36,619 nucleotides of DNA, from the IMG/VR virus record IMGVR_UViG_3300020414_000003; one strand, 5' to 3'. Shown one piece after another: positions 9,444-18,927 of this stretch. This DNA comes from a virus. Position 1 is the first letter of the stretch; each line of letters starts with the position of its first letter. The notes below the pieces were generated by a model. That model was not told the DNA's origin. It was given only the letters and a program-made list of their open reading frames with translations, and did not search any database. A program made the position numbers and the translations under genes.

Positions 9444-10273
9444 TAAAAGAACCCTCCAAGAAGTCCTCCTCCAATTGCACCAAAGAGAGGATTACCAAAC
9501 ATAGAGTTACCACCTATTTGACTTGCAATATTAGCACCTGTTAATGCACCACCTAGTAATCCAGCACCTGTGTTTCTAAAGACAGGTTGTGTTGATACTG
9601 TTTGTGTTGGTACTGGTGAACCTAATGCACCTAAAAATTGATTTAGTTTCAAAAATGGTTTTTGTTGTTCAAAGTCAAATCTTGCTATGGCATCTTGTAG
9701 TTTTGCTTGTTCTATGCTTTCTCTGTCTGCACCTACTTGTGCTAGTCTTGAAACATCATTATAATCCATCTCGCCTAACTGTGGTGCTGTCATCATTGTT
9801 TGAGCCTGTAATGCTCTTTCACGATTATATTGATCTCCATAGACTTGATTAGCTAATCTACCTAATGAATCTGATAAAATTTCTTGGTTTGCACCTGATC
9901 CTAAACGACCTGCTTTACTAAATTGTGATTGTACTTTTGATGTTACATCGTCAGCCATTTGATTAAATAAGGCTTGTGAGTAAGGATTTGTCGTAGGGGA
10001 TAAGAAATCTCCAGCTAATGTTTGTTGAGCCAGATTTTGTGATTGATTCAATAACGGATTTCCAGCTACAGCTCTTGCAGAGGCTAAATCTAATGCGGCT
10101 TGTGTTTCAGCGGCTGGAGCTACAAATGTATTGTTTGGAAAAAAGTTTGGTAAATCAGACTCAAATAAATCTTGGCTGTAATCAATAGCTTGTTCTAAGT
10201 ATGGTCTAATAAACTCTGATGGTTCAGCAGATGATGTAGTTGTTACGTTTTGTGGTGATGATCCTTTTGACAT
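9443..10273 (-). CDS. Internal virion / ejection protein (276 aa) with C-terminal Gly-zipper segment
   Basis: C-terminus GAGLLGGALTGANIASQIGGNSMFGNPLFGAIGGGLLGGFF. It sits between the nozzle-like genes and the large ejection proteins. Confidence 0.5.
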   Translation of the reverse strand: MSKGSSPQNVTTTSSAEPSEFIRPYLEQAIDYSQDLFESDLPNFFPNNTFVAPAAETQAALDLASARAVAGNPLLNQSQNLAQQTLAGDFLSPTTNPYSQALFNQMADDVTSKVQSQFSKAGRLGSGANQEILSDSLGRLANQVYGDQYNRERALQAQTMMTAPQLGEMDYNDVSRLAQVGADRESIEQAKLQDAIARFDFEQQKPFLKLNQFLGALGSPVPTQTVSTQPVFRNTGAGLLGGALTGANIASQIGGNSMFGNPLFGAIGGGLLGGFF

Positions 10274-10274
10274 T

Positions 10275-10721
10275 TTATATTTCCTTATTTAGTAAGTATG
10301 CTTTGACTCTAAATCCTTTCAATTTTCTTACCCAACCTTTTCGCCCAGCGACTTCAAGGTGAGTACAGTTTTCTTTCTTTGCAAATTTTTCTATAACTTT
10401 TTGTATTCTTTCTAACCAGTTTTCTAAATTTGTTCCTCCAGCTAAAAAGTATCGTAATACTTTTGACTGAGGGTATTGTGCTATCTCAGTTACGACAGCA
10501 CTTTCGACTCTATTATTATTCCAACTAATAAATAGTTGCATACGATCATTAGCTAATCCATACAGTATATCTTTAATACTATAGGTTTCGTCTAATGCTT
10601 TTTCTAACAAAGGAGCTACTTGACTCCATATAAACTCAACATCTTCACTAGGTACTCTAGTGACTACATTACCCAATGACACAGTATGATAATGTTTGGT
10701 CTGTGTTTCCTGAACTTGCAT
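10275..10721 (-). CDS. Hypothetical virion-module protein (up to 148 aa), possibly acetyltransferase-like fold
   Basis: CTHLEVAGRKGWVRKLKGF resembles the GRxGW motif of small N4 gp49/Sf6 gp66-like phage proteins (weak recollection). The ATG at 10721 overlaps the upstream gene by 53 nt, so a TTG/GTG start near 10676 is plausible. Confidence 0.5.
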   Translation of the reverse strand: MQVQETQTKHYHTVSLGNVVTRVPSEDVEFIWSQVAPLLEKALDETYSIKDILYGLANDRMQLFISWNNNRVESAVVTEIAQYPQSKVLRYFLAGGTNLENWLERIQKVIEKFAKKENCTHLEVAGRKGWVRKLKGFRVKAYLLNKEI

Positions 10722-10998
10722 GAGTTAAAGTTGCACTTCCGTCTGCTCTTGCAGAAACATGAAGTCCGTTTAATGCTGTTCTGCCATTTGCAGTCGTTGG
10801 CATAAAAAGTATCACAGAATTACCACTAATACGAGCATCAGTTAAGGTCGTTGATGTAGCACTAGCAGTTAGTGTTATTGTTCCTGTACTGTTAAGTTTA
10901 CCATTGATCGTATTGTTCAATGATGTCGAAACTAATCGTAAATGTTGTCCTGTATCAGGTATTGATAAAGGTACTTGAGGAAATTGATTATCTGCCAC
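10669..10998 (-). CDS. Small beta-rich structural protein (109 aa), GTG start
   Basis: GTG at 10998-10996 lies inside the conserved junction AGGTGGCAGATAAT. The product is MADNQFPQ...TLTHASSGNTDQTLSYCVIG. Confidence 0.55.
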   Translation of the reverse strand: MADNQFPQVPLSIPDTGQHLRLVSTSLNNTINGKLNSTGTITLTASATSTTLTDARISGNSVILFMPTTANGRTALNGLHVSARADGSATLTHASSGNTDQTLSYCVIG

Positions 10999-12466
10999 CT
11001 TCAGGTCTCGCTTCTATATCTACACCTGACATGGTGTTAAAGTTACCTGTTACATTTACCCTAATCCGATGATACCTAGATGTACTCCGTAAAGGGCAAG
11101 TGCCAGTATCATTAGTGCTAACAGCATCGCCAGTTGTTGTGGTGTCAAGTTGTGATTGCCTCGTAATTGGTGTTATTGTTACAGATGTGTTTGTTGTTCC
11201 ATCAACAATAGGTCTGCAATTAATTAGTGTTGATCTTTTACCTTTAGCTCCTTCAAACTCTGTCGTATCAACTGTAGCTGATAAACTATTTGCAATAAAC
11301 TTTCCAAACTTATTTGCAGAGTTAAAACCAGCTAGACCGACAATACCTTCTTTGTAAAAGTATGAGTCTAATGATTTGGGAAGATTATCTAAGTCACCTA
11401 ATACATCAAGGCTTTCTAAAGTAGTAAATGCCTCTTGTGATGCACTAGCAATAAACTCTAAGTCCTGTCCACTACCTGTACTCCATTTATCAACTGCATA
11501 GTTGTATATCAAGAGTTTGTTATTGGTTGTACCTGTAGCTCCTGATCCTCGATAAGACCATACAACAATACTATTGTTAGGATCGACAGCCGATGTAATA
11601 CCATCAAGGTTAGATGATAAGTCATCAAAAAAGAAGTTATCTACTTTACCATTACCTATTGGTGTTAATTGTTGTCCACCAGTTAGTTTGTAAAAACCAT
11701 CTTGTGCTAAAAAGAAAACCATGTTTCCATAAGAAGCAACAGACTTAGGAGCAAATGCACCAATATTATCTGCAATCTTATCAAACTGAAAAATTAATGG
11801 CACACCGACATAAGACATTCTGTAGATTGCCTTTTCCATAAAGATCACACCAGCACTTTCACCACCGACAATTGCTTGAATATTACCATGTGATCCTACA
11901 ATATCTTGGAAACCTGATTGCGTTGATTGACTTGGTGTCCATGTAGAACTATCGTTGATACCTGACCACTTTACTCTTTGATTGTATACTGTGCCTGATT
12001 CATTTGTATATCCAGCTACAACAAAGTCTCTAATGACTGCAATATATTTTGCTTTGAGAGAAACAAGATCACTAAAAGCACTACTTGTACCTTCTGTAAA
12101 CTTCTGAATATTGTCTGCAAAGTTTGTTGCAATAATGTTTGAACCAAACTGTGTAAATGCCCAGAAGTCTCTTGCATTTTCTGTAGTAGAGTTGTTGTAG
12201 CCACCAGCTTTACTTTTATCTTGAAAGACTAGAGAGGAGTCCATCTGATAAAGTTTGGTAGCGTCACCAGCATAGTTCGTAGAACCACTAGCACTAAAAC
12301 TTGTAAATAAACCAACAGCACTACCTGTTAATCCTGTACCACTTAATGCCTGAAAACCAGCTAGGCTTTTATAGCCTTTTGCAAGAGGTAAGACATTATC
12401 AACTACTAAAGCACCTGAGTTCTCATAAGTAGGTAGGTCAGCTTGTAAATCGCCAAAATCGATCAT
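10988..12466 (-). CDS. Tail nozzle / tubular-protein-B-like structural protein (492 aa)
   Basis: A large beta-rich ORF directly after the adaptor-like gene, in the T7 gp12-equivalent position. No sequence motif is assigned with certainty. Confidence 0.5.
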   Translation of the reverse strand: MIDFGDLQADLPTYENSGALVVDNVLPLAKGYKSLAGFQALSGTGLTGSAVGLFTSFSASGSTNYAGDATKLYQMDSSLVFQDKSKAGGYNNSTTENARDFWAFTQFGSNIIATNFADNIQKFTEGTSSAFSDLVSLKAKYIAVIRDFVVAGYTNESGTVYNQRVKWSGINDSSTWTPSQSTQSGFQDIVGSHGNIQAIVGGESAGVIFMEKAIYRMSYVGVPLIFQFDKIADNIGAFAPKSVASYGNMVFFLAQDGFYKLTGGQQLTPIGNGKVDNFFFDDLSSNLDGITSAVDPNNSIVVWSYRGSGATGTTNNKLLIYNYAVDKWSTGSGQDLEFIASASQEAFTTLESLDVLGDLDNLPKSLDSYFYKEGIVGLAGFNSANKFGKFIANSLSATVDTTEFEGAKGKRSTLINCRPIVDGTTNTSVTITPITRQSQLDTTTTGDAVSTNDTGTCPLRSTSRYHRIRVNVTGNFNTMSGVDIEARPEGGR

Positions 12467-13096
12467 CTATGCCACCTGTGGTGTGGACATCTGTAATGGT
12501 GATGATGTAGTAGATCCTCGTGATGAAGTTTCGTTTGCATTTTTTAATGCTTCTTTATACAGAGTTGCCCAAGTATTTATCCTTTCATCTTGCATAATAA
12601 ATGGTGCTGACTCAGCCAGTGAACCATATAAATACAACTCAGGATAATTAGTTAATATTGTATTTGTTGTATTGTCGTCTGATAATGCCGATATTGTTTT
12701 GTAATAGTTTATTTGCAGGGTTGTAGCACTGTCAGGTGCTATACCTAACAATATGTTAGATCCCACTATAGTAAAATATGTCGGTTTACCGCTTGTTTGA
12801 CTCGTATTATATTTATTGTAAAAATCTGTATTACTCATAAATCTTAAAGTACAATAAGGGTTGCTTTGATATATAACAGTAGTTGCCTCTAAATATCCTG
12901 TAGGCAGAGAATAACTTTGTGTACCAGCAACTGTTGTTGTGGAAGTATCAGTATTTACCATTTCTCTAACTCGCAACTCTCTATTGAGTCTAGCCTCAGT
13001 CAAAGTAATAAAATCACCTAAGTATGCAGTGAGATCACTTCTATTAAGATAGTTCGCAATAGTAGTTTTTAAATTGGAGTATGTGTCTAATGCCAT
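12467..13096 (-). CDS. Head-tail adaptor / tubular-protein-A-like protein (209 aa)
   Basis: The N-terminal LKTTIANYLNRSDLTAYLGDFITLTEARLNRELRVREM motif is common in adaptor-type proteins. It lies downstream of the capsid module. Confidence 0.5.
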   Translation of the reverse strand: MALDTYSNLKTTIANYLNRSDLTAYLGDFITLTEARLNRELRVREMVNTDTSTTTVAGTQSYSLPTGYLEATTVIYQSNPYCTLRFMSNTDFYNKYNTSQTSGKPTYFTIVGSNILLGIAPDSATTLQINYYKTISALSDDNTTNTILTNYPELYLYGSLAESAPFIMQDERINTWATLYKEALKNANETSSRGSTTSSPLQMSTPQVA

Positions 13097-13449
13097 TATA
13101 AGTTACCTGTATATATTCTAAAATGTCTGTTATCAGAGTCGTTTAACCAACGAAAAAATCTAGTCTTATCTAAAACTTTTCCATTGTAATTTAAGATGCC
13201 TTGTTTAGCTAATTGATGAACTACAATGTTCGGCAGTCTAGCAACACGATATCCTTTTTCATGTTCAAATGCTTTTGCTTTATATGCACCTTCGTTTTGT
13301 GCTTTTTTATTAGAATCTAAGATTTCTTTGATAGTTGCCTGATCTTGGTAGTTTTCAATATGATATTTATTCTCAGCTTCATCAACTATAAGATTTGTTT
13401 TAACTGATGATTGATCGTTAGGATCGTTAAGTGAGAATTTTTTTGCCAT
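13096..13449 (-). CDS. Hypothetical head-module protein (117 aa)
   Basis: Tightly coupled ORF. The motif RVARLPNIVVHQL...RFFRWLNDSDNRHFRIYTG recurs in phage head regions (recollection). Confidence 0.6.
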   Translation of the reverse strand: MAKKFSLNDPNDQSSVKTNLIVDEAENKYHIENYQDQATIKEILDSNKKAQNEGAYKAKAFEHEKGYRVARLPNIVVHQLAKQGILNYNGKVLDKTRFFRWLNDSDNRHFRIYTGNL

Positions 13450-13670
13450 TACTTTATCGCTTTAGCTATCATCGCATCTATTGTGTCTTTCATGGATAAA
13501 CCTTGATTACCTGAAATGCTTAACATTGGATCGTATTTACGATCACCCATAGATGTTTGCTTAGATTGTTTTTTACCATCGCCTTTAGAAATCATTTGGT
13601 CTGATTTCTTTGCGTTTTCTACAACCTTAAACAACCTTGATGTATGTTTTTTGTTTGTAAATATTGCCAT
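13449..13670 (-). CDS. Hypothetical small basic protein (73 aa)
   Basis: First ORF after the post-capsid hairpin, with an AGAGAGGAAAAAATG ribosome-binding context. Confidence 0.55.
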   Translation of the reverse strand: MAIFTNKKHTSRLFKVVENAKKSDQMISKGDGKKQSKQTSMGDRKYDPMLSISGNQGLSMKDTIDAMIAKAIK

Positions 13671-13691
13671 TTTTTCCTCTCTATATGTAAA

Positions 13692-13712
13692 GGGGGTGCA
13701 TTAAACACCCCC
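13692..13712 (-). terminator. GC-rich stem-loop just downstream of the capsid gene (attenuator or RNA-stabilising hairpin)
   Basis: GGGGGTG (13692-13698) pairs with CACCCCC (13706-13712) around a 7-nt loop. On the minus strand it is followed by TTTACAT. It sits in the largest gap (62 nt) of the late gene train. Confidence 0.55.
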
Positions 13713-13732
13713 AGTCCTTTGACTACAAATAA

Positions 13733-14710
13733 TTATGCAGTTAAGTTAAATATTCCGTAGTTTGCGTTTGGTGCTTTTGCACATAAAGCATACTCAGCTA
13801 AGAGTAACTTCTTGTCAGAGTCACCAGTCTTTGCAAGATCAGAGGTTTGGAAAGGGCGTAGGAAATCTACACTCCACATATCCATTTGTAGGATATCTAC
13901 TCTGTTTGCATTTTGATGTCTGTTTGGTACGAAAGCTACTTCACCGAAATCAGATACATAAATGTCAGTAGTACCGATTGATACTCTGTCACTCGCATCT
14001 TTGTATTTCGTTGCAACTCCAGCAAAAGCTGAAGCTAGTTGCTTGTGTGATGGTGACATCATTACTGTCTCAGGCTCTCCACCTAATTCAAAGGCTTTTA
14101 AAAGACCAGCTTTTAATAGTGCCTCTGTAAAGGTTCTGTTAGTACCACCAGCGATTGCTGTTGCACCTGTACCAGCAGGAGTTGCTGATGGTGAACCATT
14201 AGTTGAGAAGTTACCAGCGGCAGAAGATGTACCTGGTTTGTTACCACCATACCATGTTCCAACAGATGCTGTTTCTCTTGCAGTTGATGCGTTACCAGCG
14301 ACTTTTGCATTTTCGACTCCTACTAATGCTCTTTCCATGTCTCGCTTAAGTTCTTTACCCATCTTCGCTAACTGGTACGCCATCTGGGTACTCATTCCTG
14401 CGTTATCCACTGCATCGTCAGTACCAGAAATAGTTACTGCTTTTGCAGAGATTTGGGTGTAGTTGTTAAGTCTAACAGTTGCAGTTCTTGCATCGCCTGT
14501 GTAGTCATCACCTTCGATTTGTGCGTTTGCAGCAGCATCAGCTAGTGAGTCTGTCTGCCATTCGTATAGTGTGTTTGTTGCTGTACCTTTTGATGCGTTA
14601 CTCATAAAAGGAGTTTCAGTCGGTGAAATATTGTAAATTACATCAGCTAAATCTTCTCTTATAGAGTTTGCACCATCATAGGTATCAAAAGTATTGGTTG
14701 GTTGTGCCAT
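13733..14710 (-). CDS. Major capsid protein, HK97 fold (325 aa)
   Basis: The N-terminal SIREDLADVIYNISPTETPFMSNASKGTATNTLYEWQTDSLA pattern is typical of a podovirus MCP family. It follows the scaffold gene and precedes a hairpin. Confidence 0.85.
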   Translation of the reverse strand: MAQPTNTFDTYDGANSIREDLADVIYNISPTETPFMSNASKGTATNTLYEWQTDSLADAAANAQIEGDDYTGDARTATVRLNNYTQISAKAVTISGTDDAVDNAGMSTQMAYQLAKMGKELKRDMERALVGVENAKVAGNASTARETASVGTWYGGNKPGTSSAAGNFSTNGSPSATPAGTGATAIAGGTNRTFTEALLKAGLLKAFELGGEPETVMMSPSHKQLASAFAGVATKYKDASDRVSIGTTDIYVSDFGEVAFVPNRHQNANRVDILQMDMWSVDFLRPFQTSDLAKTGDSDKKLLLAEYALCAKAPNANYGIFNLTA

Positions 14711-14734
14711 TACTTATTCCTTTCTATGTTGTTG

Positions 14735-15772
14735 TTATTGAGAATACAATTCTTGTAAAACAGAAACAGCGTCATTCACTTTTCCTGTCTTTCTAAGATT
14801 TGCTTTTTTAGATTTCAATCGCTTTGCAACTTCATTATCGTCTTGAACTTTAGCACTAGATGAACTGACGACCTTAGATACCTTTGTTACTTTTTTATTT
14901 TTCAGGTTAGCTTTTTTTAACTTATCGTAACGATAAGCATTGGCTAACATAATAACGGATCTATGATCTACTAACATATTTATTTCTTGGTCTGTATAAC
15001 CAATCTCTTTGGCATAGTTTACTAAATTCTTTGTAAACTCTGCTCCTTTTTCTTTGTCAGCGTAAATAGGTAGTTTTTGAGCAAGAAGTTGTCTTTGCTG
15101 TTCAAGATAAGCGTTGTATTGTTTTGTTTGCTCCTCTTGTTTTTCAGCTTGTATTCTTTGTTGCTCTTGATTAGCTTTTTCCAATAATTCTTTTCTGCGA
15201 TCTTGTTCAGCTTTTACACGAACATACTCCGCTGGATCATCTTCATAAAGCCTATCTAAATCTACCTTAGATGGTTCACTTTGTTTTAATTGTTCAGTCA
15301 ATACTTGAATTTGCTTTTCGTATTGATCTCTTTTGATTTTAGCCTCCTCGTTCTGCCTAGTGTATTCATTTTTTAATTCTTCTACACTCTTTCTATCTTG
15401 TGATAATTTTTCGGTTTTACGAGTATAATCACTTTGTCGAGAATAACCTTTCGTGAGTTCATCAAGGGTGACTTCTTGTTCTTGTCCATCGACAACAACT
15501 TTATAAAGTTCCTGACTAGTTTCAGATGGTTGTTCATCTTCAATTTGATCAATTAGTTCATCATCGTCAAAAGCATCTTCGATATTCGTTTCCGAGTCGC
15601 TTACCTCTTTTGTTGATTCTTCACTTGCTGTTTCCTGAGTCTTAGAGGCTTCCGTATTAAGTAAGTTCTTCAGGGCTTCAGCCGCCTCTCCTTGATTAAG
15701 AGACTTGGGCGTTGGTGCAACAGATTCACTGGGAGTTTCTGTTGCAGAATCCATTACTGGTTGTTCTGCCAT
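14735..15772 (-). CDS. Scaffolding protein (345 aa)
   Basis: Acidic N-terminal half and a long E/K/Q-rich coiled coil, located between the portal region and the capsid gene. Confidence 0.7.
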   Translation of the reverse strand: MAEQPVMDSATETPSESVAPTPKSLNQGEAAEALKNLLNTEASKTQETASEESTKEVSDSETNIEDAFDDDELIDQIEDEQPSETSQELYKVVVDGQEQEVTLDELTKGYSRQSDYTRKTEKLSQDRKSVEELKNEYTRQNEEAKIKRDQYEKQIQVLTEQLKQSEPSKVDLDRLYEDDPAEYVRVKAEQDRRKELLEKANQEQQRIQAEKQEEQTKQYNAYLEQQRQLLAQKLPIYADKEKGAEFTKNLVNYAKEIGYTDQEINMLVDHRSVIMLANAYRYDKLKKANLKNKKVTKVSKVVSSSSAKVQDDNEVAKRLKSKKANLRKTGKVNDAVSVLQELYSQ

Positions 15773-15786
15773 TTATATTTCTCCTG

Positions 15787-16017
15787 TTATTTTTTTACAA
15801 TCTTGCCTGTTTCCATAACTGATTGTATTTGCATCAAGACAACTTCTAACATTCTTCTCATGACAAAAATGTTCTCTCGTTGTTCTGAATCTTTTGCTTC
15901 AGAGTTTAACCACTCATTGTGTAACTCTGTTCTAACTTTTTGTACTGCTTCTACAAAGATAGGGTTTTCTAATATGTCTTTAGCTTGTTGGCTTCTTTTA
16001 ATTTCATTATCTGCCAC
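15787..16017 (-). CDS. Small head-module protein (76 aa from GTG; the ORF track extends to an ATG at 16056)
   Basis: GTG 16017-16015 lies in the same 14-nt junction AGGTGGCAGATAAT as at 10998. The product starts MADNEIKRSQQAKDILENPIF. Confidence 0.55.
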   Translation of the reverse strand: MADNEIKRSQQAKDILENPIFVEAVQKVRTELHNEWLNSEAKDSEQRENIFVMRRMLEVVLMQIQSVMETGKIVKK

Positions 16018-16942
16018 CTGTAAATCCAAACCCTTCTTTAAATCTTGCATTTCCAAAGTTACGTTTGTTACGTTCTATGTTTTTTGCAATATTGGATCTA
16101 TACACATCATCATTTCTAACTCTGTTACCACTTGAGTCTACAGACGTTAATGCTGAAGTGCCTAATAAACCACCTGTTAAATCTTCTGCTATTTTACCAC
16201 TGCCTATTCCTTGTGCAGTTGGTCGATCTGTTCTGTTAATAACGCTATCTATTGCTTCACCTACAGTTATAGGGCTAGTTTGAACACTATATGTTTGAGG
16301 TATGCCTGAATAACCACCACTAGTTGTTAGTTCATAGTTACCAAGAGGATTACCTTGTACTGTATTGTAATATTGTTGAGGATTAAAAATTTGGAATGTT
16401 CCATCATTTCTTTGCTGACCATACCCAGCATCTAAATATGTTTTAATAGCATCATTAAATGTTTTTTCTCGTCTTTCTGCACCACCAAAAGCACTATCTA
16501 ACAAACCACCGCCTAATACTAATAAGGGGTTAAAACTACCTGCTCCTAACTTACCAATATTAGGATCAAATTTTAATAAGATGTCACCACCGCCTTTGGT
16601 ATCTATAAGATAATCATCTAAAATGTTAGAAGCTCCAAAAACAGTGCTTGGATCTTTTTTCATTTGTTCGAACATCATTTGTTCACGATCTGGTTCATCA
16701 GGTCTATCACTTATTCCTTGCTCAATAGGAACACAACTTTTAATTACTGGATCATAAATATAACCTTCAGGACAAGGATCTGTCGGTGATTTATCATCTT
16801 CGTCAGGTGTATCAGAAACAGGTGGTCGAAAAGGATCAACATCTACTCTGTAGGGGTTAGCCTGTGCTTGACTACCATATCCGCCTGATAAAAAATTATT
16901 AATTACATCTTGTGCCGAAGAAGGCATATTAGGGGTTGCCAT
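16007..16942 (-). CDS. Hypothetical virion-module protein (311 aa)
   Basis: ATGA-coupled to the portal gene. It is Pro/Asp-rich with a small Cys motif (DPCPEGYIYDPVIKSCVP). No family recognised. Confidence 0.65.
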   Translation of the reverse strand: MATPNMPSSAQDVINNFLSGGYGSQAQANPYRVDVDPFRPPVSDTPDEDDKSPTDPCPEGYIYDPVIKSCVPIEQGISDRPDEPDREQMMFEQMKKDPSTVFGASNILDDYLIDTKGGGDILLKFDPNIGKLGAGSFNPLLVLGGGLLDSAFGGAERREKTFNDAIKTYLDAGYGQQRNDGTFQIFNPQQYYNTVQGNPLGNYELTTSGGYSGIPQTYSVQTSPITVGEAIDSVINRTDRPTAQGIGSGKIAEDLTGGLLGTSALTSVDSSGNRVRNDDVYRSNIAKNIERNKRNFGNARFKEGFGFTGGR

Positions 16943-18927
16943 TATCTTTTAATTCCTTGCTGTAATATTTGTGTTGCTAGTTTTTCTTTTTGTGATTCTT
17001 TTGCATCATCTTCTTTAATTAATTGTGATGCTAATTTTTGTTGATCAAGTTCTAACTTTTGTGCTTTGAGTTGTAGTTCTGCTTTATCTTTTGCTTGTTG
17101 TCTTTGTAAATCTGCTTGGGCTAGTTGTATTGCTGGATCAGGTTTTCTTTGTTGTGGTCTAGGTGGATTGACTGCTGGATTGTTGAAGAACTGACTTGCG
17201 TCTTTGTAACCAGCGTTTTCTAAATATTTCTCTAGGGTGTTATAAATTTTTTGTGGATCGACAATACCCATACCACCAGCACCGATTAGTTTTTCTTGCA
17301 CTGCTAATACACGACCTAATACTTCTAGTCGTTGATCTTGTGATCCTGTACCTAGTCCAACTTGTACTGTTGCGTTGTAACGATCTACCCATTCTCTAGG
17401 GTTCATCGGTACAAATTTATTTCTTAACTTAATAATTCTTTCTTGATCTTGATACTTGCATACTAATGTCAAGATACCTTGAAACATTCTTTTGATACCT
17501 TCACTAAAGTTTCTTGCATAGAGTTCAATTCGTTGTGTCGATGCGTTCATCATCACATTAGTGCTAGTTGCAGTTGTGTGTGATTTGTTTATTTGATCTG
17601 AGTCTAAGCCCATTTGAACTTTTGATACGCCTGATCTTGACTCTCTAATAGTATCTACTTTATCTAGCATCGCTAAACCTTGACTCATAAAGTTAGGAGA
17701 AGCGAGGGGGGTTACTGCGTTAGGGGATTTAACTCGTACTATCCCCCCAGCTCTTGAAGTAAGGAGATCGTCTATGTTTGCTTGTCCATCTACAACTACA
17801 GTTCTAACATTGTTTTGTAGATAGGCGTTATTAAGAGTTTGCCTTAAAAGGGTAGTCTTAATCTCTTGCACATCGCCAATTAAATCATAGATAGATAAAC
17901 CATAAAACCTATGTGGCATAGGGATAGCTGTAACCATCGCAAAAGGTATTTGCTCTATAGGTTCATTCTCTAAGATGTGATAAGCATTGGGTGCTGATCC
18001 ACCCACTACGATGTGTCTTAGTTCTGCAATTCCATCGTTATCGTAATCACACTTCATGTAACAATCAATGACTGATACTCGTGTCAGTAAAGGATCAATG
18101 TTTTGATACTCTTGAGGCATTGTCTCATCGTCATACGATCTTCTTGTGACAGCCTCTGTGTTATAAATTTCTTCATCAGCTACTGGTAGTTCATTGACAA
18201 TCTTCTTGTCAAAACCCATACTGATTAATTCTGATCTTGTTTTAAAAACTCGTTGTCCAATAAAGTTACAATCTTCTAAACTGTTTGCTGTTTTACTAAC
18301 TAAAATACTTTCAGGTGCTACATTCTCAATACAAACACGACCATATTCTTTGACACGCTTTACAGTGACGTTGTAAGTTTGTTCCGTAAAGTCTTGTCCA
18401 GCAATATCGAGTTCATTCCCAGTATCTTCAACCTCTACAACCTCTACTTCAGGATCTGCGAGTAGTGCTTGGTACTCAGCAGTGGTTAAATTCTCATAAG
18501 ACTCTTGTTTTTGCTCTTTGTCTGTTTTCCAATAGTATTTGACGAAGCCATTTTTAGAAATAAGGGCATCTTTGAACATTGTATGCAAGATTTGATAGCC
18601 ATTATTGTCTTTGTTGAAGATATGATTGATATAATCTGATGATTGTTCTGCGTAAGCGACATCTTCAGGCTTTTGAGGTTCAAATCTGACAATACTTTCG
18701 CCCTGTGTAAAGATTCTCATCATACTTGGGAGTATGCTTTCGACTACTTCGAGTACATCTTGTGATCTTACTTGCGATTGACCTTCTACTTCGTTACCAA
18801 GAGGCTCTCCTAAGTAAAATTTTAGTGCATTTTTACGCTGAGAAGATAACTCACCCCCATAAAAACCAAGAGAGTTTGTTATTTCTTGCGATATAAGTGC
18901 TTTTAATCTTTCTTTCGTTAATTTCAT
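16942..18927 (-). CDS. Portal protein (661 aa)
   Basis: Size and position directly after TerL. It carries the N-terminal LSSQRKNALKFYLGEPLGNEVEGQSQVRSQDVLEVVESILPSMMRIF portal-type motif and a K/Q/E-rich helical C-terminal tail. Confidence 0.85.
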   Translation of the reverse strand: MKLTKERLKALISQEITNSLGFYGGELSSQRKNALKFYLGEPLGNEVEGQSQVRSQDVLEVVESILPSMMRIFTQGESIVRFEPQKPEDVAYAEQSSDYINHIFNKDNNGYQILHTMFKDALISKNGFVKYYWKTDKEQKQESYENLTTAEYQALLADPEVEVVEVEDTGNELDIAGQDFTEQTYNVTVKRVKEYGRVCIENVAPESILVSKTANSLEDCNFIGQRVFKTRSELISMGFDKKIVNELPVADEEIYNTEAVTRRSYDDETMPQEYQNIDPLLTRVSVIDCYMKCDYDNDGIAELRHIVVGGSAPNAYHILENEPIEQIPFAMVTAIPMPHRFYGLSIYDLIGDVQEIKTTLLRQTLNNAYLQNNVRTVVVDGQANIDDLLTSRAGGIVRVKSPNAVTPLASPNFMSQGLAMLDKVDTIRESRSGVSKVQMGLDSDQINKSHTTATSTNVMMNASTQRIELYARNFSEGIKRMFQGILTLVCKYQDQERIIKLRNKFVPMNPREWVDRYNATVQVGLGTGSQDQRLEVLGRVLAVQEKLIGAGGMGIVDPQKIYNTLEKYLENAGYKDASQFFNNPAVNPPRPQQRKPDPAIQLAQADLQRQQAKDKAELQLKAQKLELDQQKLASQLIKEDDAKESQKEKLATQILQQGIKR

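Noticed and set aside
8875-9544. Plus-strand ORFs 8875-9231 and 9281-9544
   Set aside because: They are antisense to ejection-protein genes. The repeated NTCSPVSVY peptide simply mirrors the sense-strand tandem repeat.
13762-14462. Plus-strand ORFs 13762-13971 and 13962-14462 (166 aa), and minus-strand 14113-14310, inside the capsid gene
   Set aside because: The capsid frame has a clear family-type N-terminal motif and correct context. The others are shadows of an Ala/Gly/Thr-rich gene.
15692-16283. Plus-strand ORFs 15692-16135 (147 aa) and 16065-16283
   Set aside because: They span three minus-strand genes and an intergenic gap, are Cys/Phe/Ser-rich and have no SD. This is inconsistent with the tightly packed minus-strand operon.
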